This document shows, in pieces, positions 1 to 10,283 of a stretch of 64,000 nt of DNA (its first letter is position 1; every line of letters starts with the position of its first letter). Under the pieces are notes generated by a model. That model did no database searches and had not been told where the DNA came from. It saw only the letters and a program-made list of their open reading frames with translations. Source of the stretch: Methanofastidiosum sp. GTDB taxonomy: Archaea > Methanobacteriota_B > Thermococci > Methanofastidiosales > Methanofastidiosaceae. The DNA lies in NCBI GenBank assembly GCA_039679445.1, contig JBDKUY010000026.1, positions 28,523-92,522 on the forward strand, read 5' to 3'. Made by a program: the position numbers and the translations under genes.

Positions 1-911
1 AATTTTGGATTTTCTGCTTCAAATAGTATGAAATTGGCACTTGACTGAATTGGACTTATCCACTTTATCTCCTGCATTGCACCGAAAAGATATTTTCTAT
101 TTTCAATTATTTTCTTGACTGCGTCTTTCATGAAATCCTCGTGTTGAATTGCCATCTCCACTACCTTCATTGATATTAGATTTAGATTGTACGGAAGAAT
201 GACTTTACTCATAGACTCAATCAATGTTTCTGATGCGACGCAGTATCCAGTCCTAAAGCCTGCAAGCCCAAATGCTTTTGAGAATGTCTTCATGACAATC
301 AAATTATCATAATGATTTAACAGTGATAATCCGGAATGGCCAGAAAATTCAGCATATGCTTCATCAAGAATTACAAGTATTCCTGTATCCAATATAGCTT
401 CAATCTCTTCATCTGGATATGAGACTCCTGTTGGATTATTTGGGCTACAAATAACTGTCATCTTTGCACTTTTTGCTTCTGAGATTATTTTTTCAACTGG
501 GAGGGTATAATCGTTATTAAGAGGAAGTATAATGGGAATTCCTGAATATACTCTGGCTATACTTGAATAAAGTGAAAAAGTAGGCGAAGGTATCAAAACC
601 TTATCAAGCGATGAGATGAATGCTTTTCCAATTGTGTCTATAATTTCGTCGCTACCATTTCCAACAAGCACGTTCTCTTTTTCAAATCCAATGTATTCTG
701 CAATTTTTTTCCTTATATCTGAATTTGAGACTTCTGGATATCTGTTTAAAGGCATTGACAAGAGATTATCATGCAAGGCCCAAACTACCGCTTCATTTTT
801 CCATGGAAGTTCATTGGCGTGTAATCTAGTTATGATTCCATCTGATACCGAAACTTCTGATGAGTATGGCTCAAGGTTGTCTAAAAGATCCCGATCAAAT
901 TTACTCTTCAT
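1..911 (-). CDS. hisC: Histidinol-phosphate aminotransferase, partial; N-terminal about 300 aa lie in the window and the C-terminus runs off the window edge
   Basis: Reverse-strand translation from ATG at 911 gives MKSKFDRDL...NPTG...KTFSK-type class I/II aminotransferase sequence. It overlaps the hisD stop by about 11 nt. It is absent from the ORF track because no stop codon falls inside the window. Confidence 0.8.
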   Translation of the reverse strand, partial: MKSKFDRDLLDNLEPYSSEVSVSDGIITRLHANELPWKNEAVVWALHDNLLSMPLNRYPEVSNSDIRKKIAEYIGFEKENVLVGNGSDEIIDTIGKAFISSLDKVLIPSPTFSLYSSIARVYSGIPIILPLNNDYTLPVEKIISEAKSAKMTVICSPNNPTGVSYPDEEIEAILDTGILVILDEAYAEFSGHSGLSLLNHYDNLIVMKTFSKAFGLAGFRTGYCVASETLIESMSKVILPYNLNLISMKVVEMAIQHEDFMKDAVKKIIENRKYLFGAMQEIKWISPIQSSANFILFEAENPK

Positions 912-2166
912 CTTCAAACCTCACGTTCACTGCTTTTTCGTGTGCGAATAATCCTTCTGATTTAGCAAGTGTTGAAACAGTTCCCCTATAAGTCTTTAGC
1001 CCTTCCTTTGTGACATATTGGAATGTATATTTTTTTAGGAAGTCATCTACGGATAGACTTGAATAAAATCTTGCATATCCTGATGTAGGAAGTACGTGAT
1101 TTGTTCCGGAGACATAATCTCCCATAGCTTCAGGTGAATATTCTCCCAAGAATACTGAGCCGGCATTTTTAATCTTTGTAAGAAGTGAAAAGGGATCGTT
1201 TACCATTAGCTCAAGGTGTTCGGGGGCAAAGTTGTTTGAAAGATCTGTTGCCTCATCGATAGAGGATATAATAAATATCCCACCTCTTTTTAGAGATTCA
1301 TCCAATATTTCCTTTCTTGGGAGCACTTTAAGCTCTTTCTCGATTTCTCTTTGAACTTTTTCGGCCAGAGTCCTTGAAGCAGTCAATAAATATGCTGAAG
1401 CGAGCGGATCGTGCTCAGACTGGGCAAGCATGTCCAAAGCAATGAATCTTGGATTTGAATTTTCTTCAGCTATAATCATTACCTCGCTTGGCCCCGCAGG
1501 AAATTCAGTTGGTGTTTCTACAAGTTTTTTTGCCATTGCGACAAATCTATTGCCTGGCCCGACAATCTTTGAAACTTTTTTAATAGATTCTGTTCCATAC
1601 GACAAGGCCGCTATTGCCTGCGCCCCCCCAACTTTGTAAATCTCATCAACACCCGCAATATCTGATGCGACCAGTACCGCATCGTTACATCTGCCATCCT
1701 TACCAGGAGGCGTTACAACAACAATTCTTGGAACGCCACATATTTTTGGAGGTATTGCTGCCATAAGCACAGTAGATGGATACGTAGCCCTTCCGCCAGG
1801 AACATAAATTCCTGTACTCTCTAAAGGCAATATCATCTGCCCTGCAGTAATACCTTTCTTTTCAAATAAGAAGGACTGAGGAATTTCTCTCCTGTGGAAG
1901 TCTTCGATGTTCTCTGCTGACGTTTCCAATGCTTCAATTAGTTCAGTATCAACATTCTCATAGGCTTCCGCTATCTCATCCTGAGTTACCAAAAAGTCAT
2001 CTATTTTGACACCGTCAAACTTCAATGTGTATTCCCTAAGGGCTTCATCCCCTCTATTTTCTACTTCTGATAGAATTGACTTTACATAACCGTCATCTTC
2101 TAACAGGATCTTCCTCTGTTTATTCTTTTCAGATAATTCTTTTGACCCTTCATAAATTTCAATCAA
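901..2166 (-). CDS. hisD: Histidinol dehydrogenase
   Basis: The 421 aa ORF has the typical HisD blocks (GIYVPGGRATYPSTVLM, QSEHD, GDYVSGTNHVLPT). Confidence 0.92.
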   Translation of the reverse strand: MIEIYEGSKELSEKNKQRKILLEDDGYVKSILSEVENRGDEALREYTLKFDGVKIDDFLVTQDEIAEAYENVDTELIEALETSAENIEDFHRREIPQSFLFEKKGITAGQMILPLESTGIYVPGGRATYPSTVLMAAIPPKICGVPRIVVVTPPGKDGRCNDAVLVASDIAGVDEIYKVGGAQAIAALSYGTESIKKVSKIVGPGNRFVAMAKKLVETPTEFPAGPSEVMIIAEENSNPRFIALDMLAQSEHDPLASAYLLTASRTLAEKVQREIEKELKVLPRKEILDESLKRGGIFIISSIDEATDLSNNFAPEHLELMVNDPFSLLTKIKNAGSVFLGEYSPEAMGDYVSGTNHVLPTSGYARFYSSLSVDDFLKKYTFQYVTKEGLKTYRGTVSTLAKSEGLFAHEKAVNVRFEDEE

Positions 2167-3024
2167 CTAGTTCACCAACCTTTCTATAGGAGTAATAAGA
2201 ATTCCTGTTCCGCCCATCTTTTTAAGTTTTTGAATAGTTTCTGATACCTTTTTTTCATCAACCACAAAGTGTGCTGCAACAAGTGATTCTTTTGAGATTA
2301 CATCCATTACTGTTGGGCCCCCAAGACCGTGAAATTCCTTTTCAAATTCACCCAATGATTTGGTAGGAAGATTCACCATAATATACTTTTTACCCTGAGC
2401 ATCTAAGACACTTCTAATTGATGATGAAAGAAGTTCTATCTCATCTTTCTTCTTGTTAATGCTATCTTTATTTCCTATAAGCACTGCCTCGGATTCTACA
2501 ATCGTAGATATAGGTTTTAGATTATTCATCAATAATGTTGTTCCAGTGCTAACTATGTCGGATATTAAATCTGATACTCCGAGATAAGGGGCTATCTCCG
2601 TTGAGCCTGATACTTCAATCACCTTCAAATTAATGCCTTTATTTTTAAAGTATTTATCCGTGATATTTGGAAATTCGGTCACGATTTTCATCCCGTTTTT
2701 AATGTCATTTAATGAATTTATGGCTGAATTTTTAGGGGCGGCAATTGTAAGTGAGCATTTTCCAAATCCCATTTTTTGTAGAATCTCAACTTCTGCACAT
2801 CTTTCCATAATGATATCAAGCCCAGTTATCCCTATATCAACAACTTGATCTTGAACATATTCCGGTATGTCTTGAGTTCTGACAAACACGGCCTCGATAT
2901 TTTTTTCTCCAATACGTGAAAACAACTTCCTACCGCTATCCTCAAACTCATAACCTGATTTTTTTAATATGTCAAGACAGGGGTTTGATAATCTCCCCTT
3001 TTTAGGAACAGCTATCTTTAGCAT
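2167..3024 (-). CDS. hisG: ATP phosphoribosyltransferase (long form)
   Basis: The ORF shows HisG-like sequence starting MLKIAVPKKGRL. The likely true start is at 3024, preceded by GGAGGT. The ORF-track start at 3096 adds a hydrophobic N-terminal leader that is not credible. Confidence 0.88.
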   Translation of the reverse strand: MLKIAVPKKGRLSNPCLDILKKSGYEFEDSGRKLFSRIGEKNIEAVFVRTQDIPEYVQDQVVDIGITGLDIIMERCAEVEILQKMGFGKCSLTIAAPKNSAINSLNDIKNGMKIVTEFPNITDKYFKNKGINLKVIEVSGSTEIAPYLGVSDLISDIVSTGTTLLMNNLKPISTIVESEAVLIGNKDSINKKKDEIELLSSSIRSVLDAQGKKYIMVNLPTKSLGEFEKEFHGLGGPTVMDVISKESLVAAHFVVDEKKVSETIQKLKKMGGTGILITPIERLVN

Positions 3025-3231
3025 AAAAATACCTCCGCCAAAAATGGCGTAATTAATGATGATGGGCAGTAAATGACAAAATAATAGAAGAATCAAACTT
3101 AACGTTTATGTTAATTATGCCCATATAATTCACATAGCTTCCTTGAAATATCAATTTTTAAGCATTGCGGTAGATAACACAGAGATGAAAGAGAAAGTTT
3201 TAAATATACAATTAATTCGAATAAAAAAGAA

Positions 3232-3306
3232 GCGGTCATAGTGTAGTGGTTAGCACTTGAGCCTTCCAAGCTCATGACGCGGGTTCGAATCCCGCTGGCC
3301 GCACCA
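3232..3306 (+). tRNA. tRNA-Gly (anticodon UCC), CCA encoded
   Basis: Cloverleaf: 7-bp acceptor GCGGUCA/UGGCCGC, anticodon stem UGAGC/GCUCA with loop CUUCCAA, T-arm GCGGG-UUCGAAU-CCCGC, discriminator A. Confidence 0.9.
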
Positions 3307-3518
3307 ATTCTTTTTTTAAATAATTTCAATTTAGAACTTGTTTTATTAAATTGTAATTAATAGAACTAATTATTACAAATGAGAGTTAATTTAGTATTTT
3401 GGTCTTGAAATTAAGGTGGATTGGACGAGGGGGAATGTGAGGTAATATAAAATGAAATAAAAATATCGATATATAAAATAATTAAAATAAGGAAAGAAAA
3501 TAAATAAACAAATATTTT

Positions 3519-4943
3519 CTAGTTATTCTTTTCTTTGTTCTTTTTCAGTATTTCCAGTATTATTGGTATAGCGGAGCTCCTATCAGATGCCTGTCTGTAT
3601 GATATTGCCTTTTGGACATTTATCAATCCTGCACCTTGATCATACTGTCCCGCATTTGGTATTGGGCTTGCAGTTCTCATTAAGGCTTCTTTTACTTGGT
3701 AAGGTGTCCAGTTGGGGTGCCTTTGAATAATTAATGCGCATGCTCCTGCTACTATTGGGGTTGCAAAACTTGTCCCGCTGACCCCTGCTTGATAACTACT
3801 ATCCGAATAGGCGTGTGCCGTGAACATGTCTACTGCTGATGCAACAATGTCAGGCTTTGCTCTCCCATCTAATGTTGGCCCCCTTGAAGAGCAGCCCGAA
3901 GGACCGCCCACGCAGTACATCTGGTATGGGTATACGAGGGTGAATATCCAGTTGTCGTCCACAACTGTAAAAGTCCTGTCTTTTATCCCGCCTACGGTAA
4001 TTACCTTTGAAGCATCACCAGGTATATCAATAGTCTGGGGATCTGGGCCATCATTTCCTGCCGCTATGCAAACGACCAATCCAGCATCCATCATTGAGTT
4101 TGCCATCTGGCTTTGTGGATTTGAACCATCGTTTTGGCCTTCGAATCCAAAACTCATATTGACTACCCTAATGTTATATTTGTTCTTATTGTCTATGCAC
4201 CACTGCATTCCTGCCATTATCTGGGACGACGATCCGTTGCCGCTTGCATCAAATACTTTCAATGGCACTAACTTCGCACCAGGGGCTACCCCTAGATAGT
4301 TGCTTGATGTTGCCGACAACTGCCAATTTGGTGGCCACGAAGATGCAGCCATAGAATTTCCACAAATCAGCGAGGAGACTTCGGTGCCGTGACCATTGTC
4401 ATCACTTGCATTTGAATCGTTATTAACAAAATCATATTCCGCCACTACTTTGTTAGGGAATTCTTGATGTGTTTTTCTAAGCCCCGTGTCTAAAACAGCG
4501 ACCACAATGCCCGTTCCTGTATATCCTTGACTCCTAACAGGTGTGGCCTTAATAATATCATTTGCTATGTAGCCTTTAATTGTAACTTCATCTTGATTTG
4601 CGGTAGAAACACCTTCGGCCAAGGTAACAATATCATCCGCCCATATCCTTACAACATAAGGATTTGAGGCCATTGATTTTATGTCCTCTGAGCCTAATGT
4701 CATGGCCACTGAATTAATCGAAGGGTACTCATATTTCATCGGCTTTCCAGTATTTGCAATTATCTTTTTTGCAGTTCCGTCAAGATTTGTAAATTGTACG
4801 ATAACGGCTATGCTACTCTCCCCACGTTCGACCTTTTCTTTTACTTTTGGATCCATTTTGCTCCAATCTATGTCGTCCCCTAAAACTGGAACAAGGGATA
4901 ATAAGAGTAAGCTAATTATTATAATTCCTATTTTTCTTTTCAT
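3519..4943 (-). CDS. Secreted subtilisin-like serine protease (peptidase S8)
   Basis: N-terminal signal peptide (MKRKIGIIIISLLLLSLVPVLG). Catalytic triad motifs are present: VAVLDTG (Asp), HGTEV (His), GTSFATP (Ser). Confidence 0.88.
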   Translation of the reverse strand: MKRKIGIIIISLLLLSLVPVLGDDIDWSKMDPKVKEKVERGESSIAVIVQFTNLDGTAKKIIANTGKPMKYEYPSINSVAMTLGSEDIKSMASNPYVVRIWADDIVTLAEGVSTANQDEVTIKGYIANDIIKATPVRSQGYTGTGIVVAVLDTGLRKTHQEFPNKVVAEYDFVNNDSNASDDNGHGTEVSSLICGNSMAASSWPPNWQLSATSSNYLGVAPGAKLVPLKVFDASGNGSSSQIMAGMQWCIDNKNKYNIRVVNMSFGFEGQNDGSNPQSQMANSMMDAGLVVCIAAGNDGPDPQTIDIPGDASKVITVGGIKDRTFTVVDDNWIFTLVYPYQMYCVGGPSGCSSRGPTLDGRAKPDIVASAVDMFTAHAYSDSSYQAGVSGTSFATPIVAGACALIIQRHPNWTPYQVKEALMRTASPIPNAGQYDQGAGLINVQKAISYRQASDRSSAIPIILEILKKNKEKNN

Positions 4944-5042
4944 ATTCCTTCACCCCTATTGCTAATAATTAATGACAGTAATGCTTTACTAATATATAAG
5001 CGTTGCTGTTAATTTGTGGGAATTTGCACTCCACGATGCATA

Positions 5043-5258
5043 TCACTGTGACTTCTCATCATCTAGCTTAATGTTCTTATTAGAAAAATCATAATTTAAA
5101 GCTTGGCGAAATATTTGGTAGAAAACACACATCTTTTGGGCGATATCAACTCTTTCATGATAAACGGAATAGTCACCTTTTTCGATTAGTCGTACCACTA
5201 GTTCAGCATCGTCTGCTTAATCATCAACTATCAGTACTTTAAGTTGTGTCTTGCCCAT
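5043..5258 (-). pseudogene. Response-regulator receiver remnant with an in-frame TAA
   Basis: Reverse strand reads MGKTQLKVLIVDD-TAA-ADDAELVVRLIEKGDY... The TAA at 5217-5219 sits where receiver domains have the conserved Glu of the DDE motif. The remaining reading is only about 71 codons and loses receiver-like sequence after about 35 aa. An AGGAGA Shine-Dalgarno-like motif precedes the ATG at 5258. Confidence 0.6.
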
Positions 5259-5296
5259 TTACTTCTCCTTTGAATACAATATATGATTCTAAATAA

Positions 5297-6760
5297 CTAT
5301 GCTTTCTTAAATTTTAATACAAACACAGCACCGTTCGGCTTGTTGTCTTCAACTTCGATTGTTCCGCCGTATCGCTCCATGACTTTCTTCACAATATATA
5401 GTCCATGGCCCGAGCCCCTGGATCGCCGAAGCTTTCTCCTTCACCGAATATTTTGTCTTTTATATCGTCAGGTATGCTTTTTCCGTAATCTGCAATTCTC
5501 AATTCGCCGTTGTCATCAATTGATATGTCAATTCTATCAGTCTTTCCATGGACAATAGCATTCCTGATAATGTTATCTATGACAGAATATATGACCTCAT
5601 CACATAAAGCAGCGCAGTCTCCTGTGACGCTGAATTTGATATCGGGTAGTTTTTCACCACGCTTTCAGCTACACTTCTCAGTGATTTTTCAGAAAGGTCT
5701 TCATCAGAGATAAAAGCGTTTTCAAGCTCCCTCATCTGTTCTATTAGAGAAACACTCTTCTTCAGCGCTTTGGCCACCTTTAGTTTCAATCTTTGATCAT
5801 CTACTTGAATCATATCACATGCTGACATTACAACAGTCAGATCGTTTAGAATGTCATGCCTTAGAATCTTATTTAAAACTCCTAGTGCTTCGTTTAAGCT
5901 GTTTATTTTTTCTTCGGCTTTCTTTTTTTCGGTGATATCGTGCAGAACTATTAATTGACCCATAAAATGATTTTTTTTATCAAATATTTTTTTAGTGTAA
6001 TCTCGTAGAATTTATCTTCTTGAAAGACTACTCCATGGTAATCATCATCGGAAACATGGGTATTAAAAGCATCACTAAGTTCTTTCCATTTGGTTACTAT
6101 ATCTTGAAATTTTTTACCACGAATATTTGAGATTTTTACATTGAAAATAGTTTCTGCCGAATGATTAAGTTCTAAAACTTGATTGATACCTCCTAGGACT
6201 ATAACACTATCAGGGATTTCATGAAAAACTGCCGAATAGGCAGTCGGAATTATGTCCAATAGCATCTCTCTTGTAATACCACAAAATAACACTATACCTG
6301 TAATGGCAAATGAAATAGAAGTCACATCTATGGGGAATTTAACTATGCGGGAAACATAGAAGAAATTGGCAATCCATGAAATAAAAATACCTAAAAGGAA
6401 GATCATGGTTTGTTTTCTGTATATATTTTGGCAGATTCCAAGCGCATAAAATATTAATACCGTACTTAATAGTACTAAACAATAAATATAAATAAATTGT
6501 ATCCAAAACCAAGTGCCATATACCTTACCTAAAGCCAACACACCAGAAATATTTTCGATGAAGATTGATTGTTTTATAAGGTGATGATACTCATTAGTCC
6601 AAACTAAAATTATTGTGATAGCAGGTATTATCGATAATAATGCTATAGTGAAACGATTTACAAACTCTCCTTTTCCAGTATATTCTAATACAAATAGAAT
6701 TAAGAATATCGAAAAAAGTGGCCTTAGAAAGAGTTGAAAGAAACAAAACAGCTGTAACAA
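5297..6760 (-). pseudogene. Sensor histidine kinase pseudogene, paralog of the intact kinase at 11416-13107, with at least 3 frameshifts
   Basis: Three consecutive reverse-strand reading frames carry successive segments colinear with the intact paralog: the membrane region ORF 5951-6760, the HisKA H-box ORF 5577-5963 (ILRHDILNDL), then HATPase_c pieces in two further frames (IRNAIVHGKTDRIDISIDDNGELRIADYGKSIPDD, then GSGHGLYIVKKVMERYGGTIEVEDNKPNGAVFVLKFKKA). The N-terminal roughly 80 aa present in the paralog are missing or overlapped by the upstream gene. Confidence 0.8.
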
Positions 6761-7456
6761 AATGAATCAAGTTAAATGCTATGATCCACTTCACAGTTCC
6801 TTTAATGCCATAAAGAACTGTTATGGCATTCATTTTTCTGACTATATCGTTTTTTACATCAATCAAATCATTTAATCCAAGATGAGATAGGGCAAGTGGG
6901 TAAAAGAAAAGGAAAAACAATAATGCTGTATTGTCAGGAGCGCCTACACAAAGATACCCAGCGACAGGAAATATTGCGAAGTCAGTTCTTCCTAGAACTT
7001 GCGCAAACGGATATTTTTGATTTCTTTTTTTTACCTGATAAAAATACTCCATAAAGTAACAGTAGAGGTAAATTAACAAGACATAAAGGGAATTTGGATA
7101 AGGAAGTGTCAGAATCAAAGAGACAGTTATAATGAAAAATAAGAAAAACAATCTAAATGCGTTCTTTGATGTTATATCTCCAAAAGGGAGAGGCCGAGAT
7201 TTATAGGGCCCCAATAGTAAGTTAACTTATCATACTCCACATCGTTTTTGTCAATATCTCTATCAACATAATCATTTAATATCATTCCACCTTCAAAACC
7301 AAAAAGTCCTATCAAAATAGCTTTAATGACTAGCGTCCAAGAAAATCCGCCGTAGTTTTGGAATCCCAAAAATAAGCCAGAACAGAATATCAAAGGCCAA
7401 GCAAACATGAAATGGGCCCTTGTAAGATCAATGTAGGATTTGAAAGTTTGGTTCAC
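6594..7456 (-). pseudogene. UbiA-family prenyltransferase (DGGGP synthase-like) with a frameshift
   Basis: ORF 7172-7456 carries the first Asp-rich motif (NDYVDRDIDKND). A +1 frame from about 7214 carries the expected RPLPFG and the second motif DLIDVKND (ORF 6594-7214). The frame change lies near the GGGGCCC run at 7204-7212. Total length is about 300 aa, typical for the family. Confidence 0.65.
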
Positions 7457-7531
7457 TAAATCTCCTTATTTAAAGCAAAGTATATGCCAGTTTAAAATAT
7501 TAATTGTCATAAAATGGCAAATAAATAAAAA

Positions 7532-10276
7532 TTATAATTCTTTCATTCCCAATTTCGGCATTAAGTATTTTCTTAATTCATCTACTACAAATATCAATAA
7601 TGCAAACGGTATAATCAATAATACTAGCTCAGGTTCTATCGATGCAGTTCCAAGAAAAGTCTTGAAGACTGGAAGATTTGTGAAAGCTAAAATCAAAATT
7701 ATCTCACTCGCTATCCCCAAAAATACGTATTTATTTTTAAAAAAGCCCATCTTAAATATAGAATTTCTAAGGCTTCTGCAACCCATAACATTCACGATTT
7801 GACAGACAATTATGGCGATGAGGCACATTGTTGTAGCCTTTAAATACAGCGGATCCGTAAATGCTAACTGTGTTCCCCACGTCCAGCCACCTTGTTTTAA
7901 TACCCACCAGAATCCATACAATCCTGCAGCGGCTTCGATTGGCCCTATAAGTCCATATGATTTTAGTATTAATGGCACAGTTAGAAGCCTGTCTTTTCTA
8001 GAACGCGGTGGCCTTTCCATCACATCTATTTCAGCAGGCTCTGTTCCAAGCGCAATTGCTGGAAGCATATCTGTACCTAAATCTATTGCCAATATTTGAA
8101 TAACTGTAAGTGGAAGGGGAACTCTAAAGAGCACAAATACGATAAATGGAACTATTTCAGGCACATTACTAACTAAGATGTAAGAAATAAACTTCCTGAT
8201 ATTATCATAGACTGCCCTGCCCTCAAGTACCGCTTCCACTATGCTCTTAAAATTGTCATCTATTAGTATCACATCTGCAGCTTCTTTGGCCACATCTGTG
8301 CCACTTCCCATTGATATACCAATATCTGCTTCTTTTAATGCTGGAGCGTCATTTACTCCATCCCCTGTAACGGCCACAACTTCTCCCATCTGTTTTAATG
8401 CCATAACTATGTCAAGTTTATTCTTTGGGGAAGATCTTGCAAAAATAATTTCTTGATTCTTTAATATATTTTTTAATTCTTCTAGCCCCAGATTATTGAC
8501 ATCTGCTCCATCTACCACAGTAGGATTTCCACTTTCAATTATCCCTACATCTCGCCCAATGGCTTCAGCTGTTAGTTTATTATCTCCTGTTATCATTATG
8601 ACTTTAATTCCAGCACCCTTGCATTTTTTAACTGCCTCTTTGACCCCAAGCCTAGAAGGATCAATCATCCCAATCAAGCCTAAAAATACTAAATCTTTTT
8701 CTACATCTTCGGCAACATATTTTTCTTTTTCACTAACAGGTCTGTACGCAAGAGCTAAAGTTCTCAAAGCTTTCTTTTCAAAACTTTCAGCTTTGTCGTG
8801 GAGATTCTGTTTATCTTGTGGAGTTAAATCAATTTCTTTTCCGTTTATCAATATCTTGTTCGACAAAGAAATAATTGACTCTGGAGAACCTTTAACATAA
8901 GCTGTAGTTGTTTCTCCTTTGTATACTGTGCTCATCATTTTTCTATCGGATGTGAAAGGTATTTCAAAGATCCTTTCTTCTAATTGGCATGTTGTATCTG
9001 TGTCTATGATTTTCTTAGCCAAAACTAAAAGTGCACCTTCTGTCGGGTCCCCAATTAAAGAGTACTTGTCTTCATCTAAAGTTAATTTTGAATTATTACA
9101 GAAGAAGGAAGTTTTTAGAAAAGGAATTATTGGCTCAATTTCTTTTCCTTCAACTTCCTTTCCATCTATATGGAGCTTTCCTTCAGGTTTATACCCAACT
9201 CCAGAAACGTCAATCTCTTTATCGTTGACGAATATTTTCTTAACAGTCATTTCATTTTGGGTAAGAGTCCCAGTTTTATCTGTGCATATCACTGTTGTAG
9301 ACCCGAGAGTTTCAACAGAATTTAGATTCTTTATCAAGGCATTTTTCTTTGCCATTTTTTGGGCGGCTATGGACAGAGTCAAAGTAACTGTAGGAAGTAG
9401 GCCTTCTGGAACGTTAGCAACAATTATTCCTATCCCAAAAATAAAATTTGCTGTGAAGGTATTCCCTAGAGACCATCCTATTAAAAAGAATGTTATTCCT
9501 AGAAAAATTGCAATAATAGATATGTATTTTATAAAATAAGATATTTCTTTTTGTAAAGGAGTTGGATCATCTTTTATTTCTTGAGTAAGGCCTGCAATTT
9601 TTCCAAATTCTGTTCCCATACCTACGGCAAATACTATAGCTTTCCCAGAACCTGAAACTACAGTAGTTCCTGAAAACACAACGTTGCTTGACCCAAGTAT
9701 ATCCCCCTTAAACTGATCTATATTTCTTTTAAGAGACTTTGATTCCCCAGTTAAAGGCGAGTTATTGACCTTCAATTCATACTGTTCGATTAATCTTGCA
9801 TCGGCAGGTACTTTATCCCCCTCAGATAAAATAATAACATCCCCAACAACAACTTGATTTGAAGGGATTTCCTGCTCTTTATTGTCTCTTAATACTACTG
9901 CCAAAGGTGCCAATAGCTTTTTTAGTGCCTCGGCCGCTCTTTCGGCCTTATACTCTTGGTAAAAAGTAAAAAAGGCGTTGATAAAAATTACGGCGACTAA
10001 TGCAATTCCAAGATTAATGTTACCTTCTCCGGGGGCTAGATATTCGCCAATAAATGAAAGTCCGCTTGCAACCCAAAGTAAAATAGCAAAGAAATTAAAA
10101 AATTGTTTTAATAATTTAACGTACAGCGGAGTAATTCTTTTCTCTTGGATTTCGTTTGGGCCAAAGGATACAAATCTTTTTTCAACTTCATCTTTAGAAA
10201 GACCTTCTTTGGAGGATTGAAGATTTTTGATAGCTTCTTCTACCGACAGCTCATGAATATCTTTTATTTGCTCCAT
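7532..10276 (-). CDS. P2-type cation-transporting P-type ATPase (Ca2+/Na+-ATPase-like)
   Basis: 914 aa with DKTGTLT phosphorylation motif, PEGL, TGDN and GDGVNDAPAL, and 10 predicted TM segments. Confidence 0.9.
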   Translation of the reverse strand: MEQIKDIHELSVEEAIKNLQSSKEGLSKDEVEKRFVSFGPNEIQEKRITPLYVKLLKQFFNFFAILLWVASGLSFIGEYLAPGEGNINLGIALVAVIFINAFFTFYQEYKAERAAEALKKLLAPLAVVLRDNKEQEIPSNQVVVGDVIILSEGDKVPADARLIEQYELKVNNSPLTGESKSLKRNIDQFKGDILGSSNVVFSGTTVVSGSGKAIVFAVGMGTEFGKIAGLTQEIKDDPTPLQKEISYFIKYISIIAIFLGITFFLIGWSLGNTFTANFIFGIGIIVANVPEGLLPTVTLTLSIAAQKMAKKNALIKNLNSVETLGSTTVICTDKTGTLTQNEMTVKKIFVNDKEIDVSGVGYKPEGKLHIDGKEVEGKEIEPIIPFLKTSFFCNNSKLTLDEDKYSLIGDPTEGALLVLAKKIIDTDTTCQLEERIFEIPFTSDRKMMSTVYKGETTTAYVKGSPESIISLSNKILINGKEIDLTPQDKQNLHDKAESFEKKALRTLALAYRPVSEKEKYVAEDVEKDLVFLGLIGMIDPSRLGVKEAVKKCKGAGIKVIMITGDNKLTAEAIGRDVGIIESGNPTVVDGADVNNLGLEELKNILKNQEIIFARSSPKNKLDIVMALKQMGEVVAVTGDGVNDAPALKEADIGISMGSGTDVAKEAADVILIDDNFKSIVEAVLEGRAVYDNIRKFISYILVSNVPEIVPFIVFVLFRVPLPLTVIQILAIDLGTDMLPAIALGTEPAEIDVMERPPRSRKDRLLTVPLILKSYGLIGPIEAAAGLYGFWWVLKQGGWTWGTQLAFTDPLYLKATTMCLIAIIVCQIVNVMGCRSLRNSIFKMGFFKNKYVFLGIASEIILILAFTNLPVFKTFLGTASIEPELVLLIIPFALLIFVVDELRKYLMPKLGMKEL

Positions 10277-10283
10277 CTATACC

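Noticed and set aside
616-951. Plus-strand 111-aa ORF, and similar plus-strand ORFs at 1430-1639, 2633-2848, 3820-4299 and 8496-9539.
   Set aside because: They lie antisense inside well-supported reverse-strand genes (hisC, hisD, hisG, subtilisin, P-type ATPase). They have low-complexity or hydrophobic composition and no motifs, so they are shadow ORFs.
3111-3329. 72-aa reverse-strand ORF.
   Set aside because: It entirely overlaps the tRNA-Gly gene, so it is an artefact.
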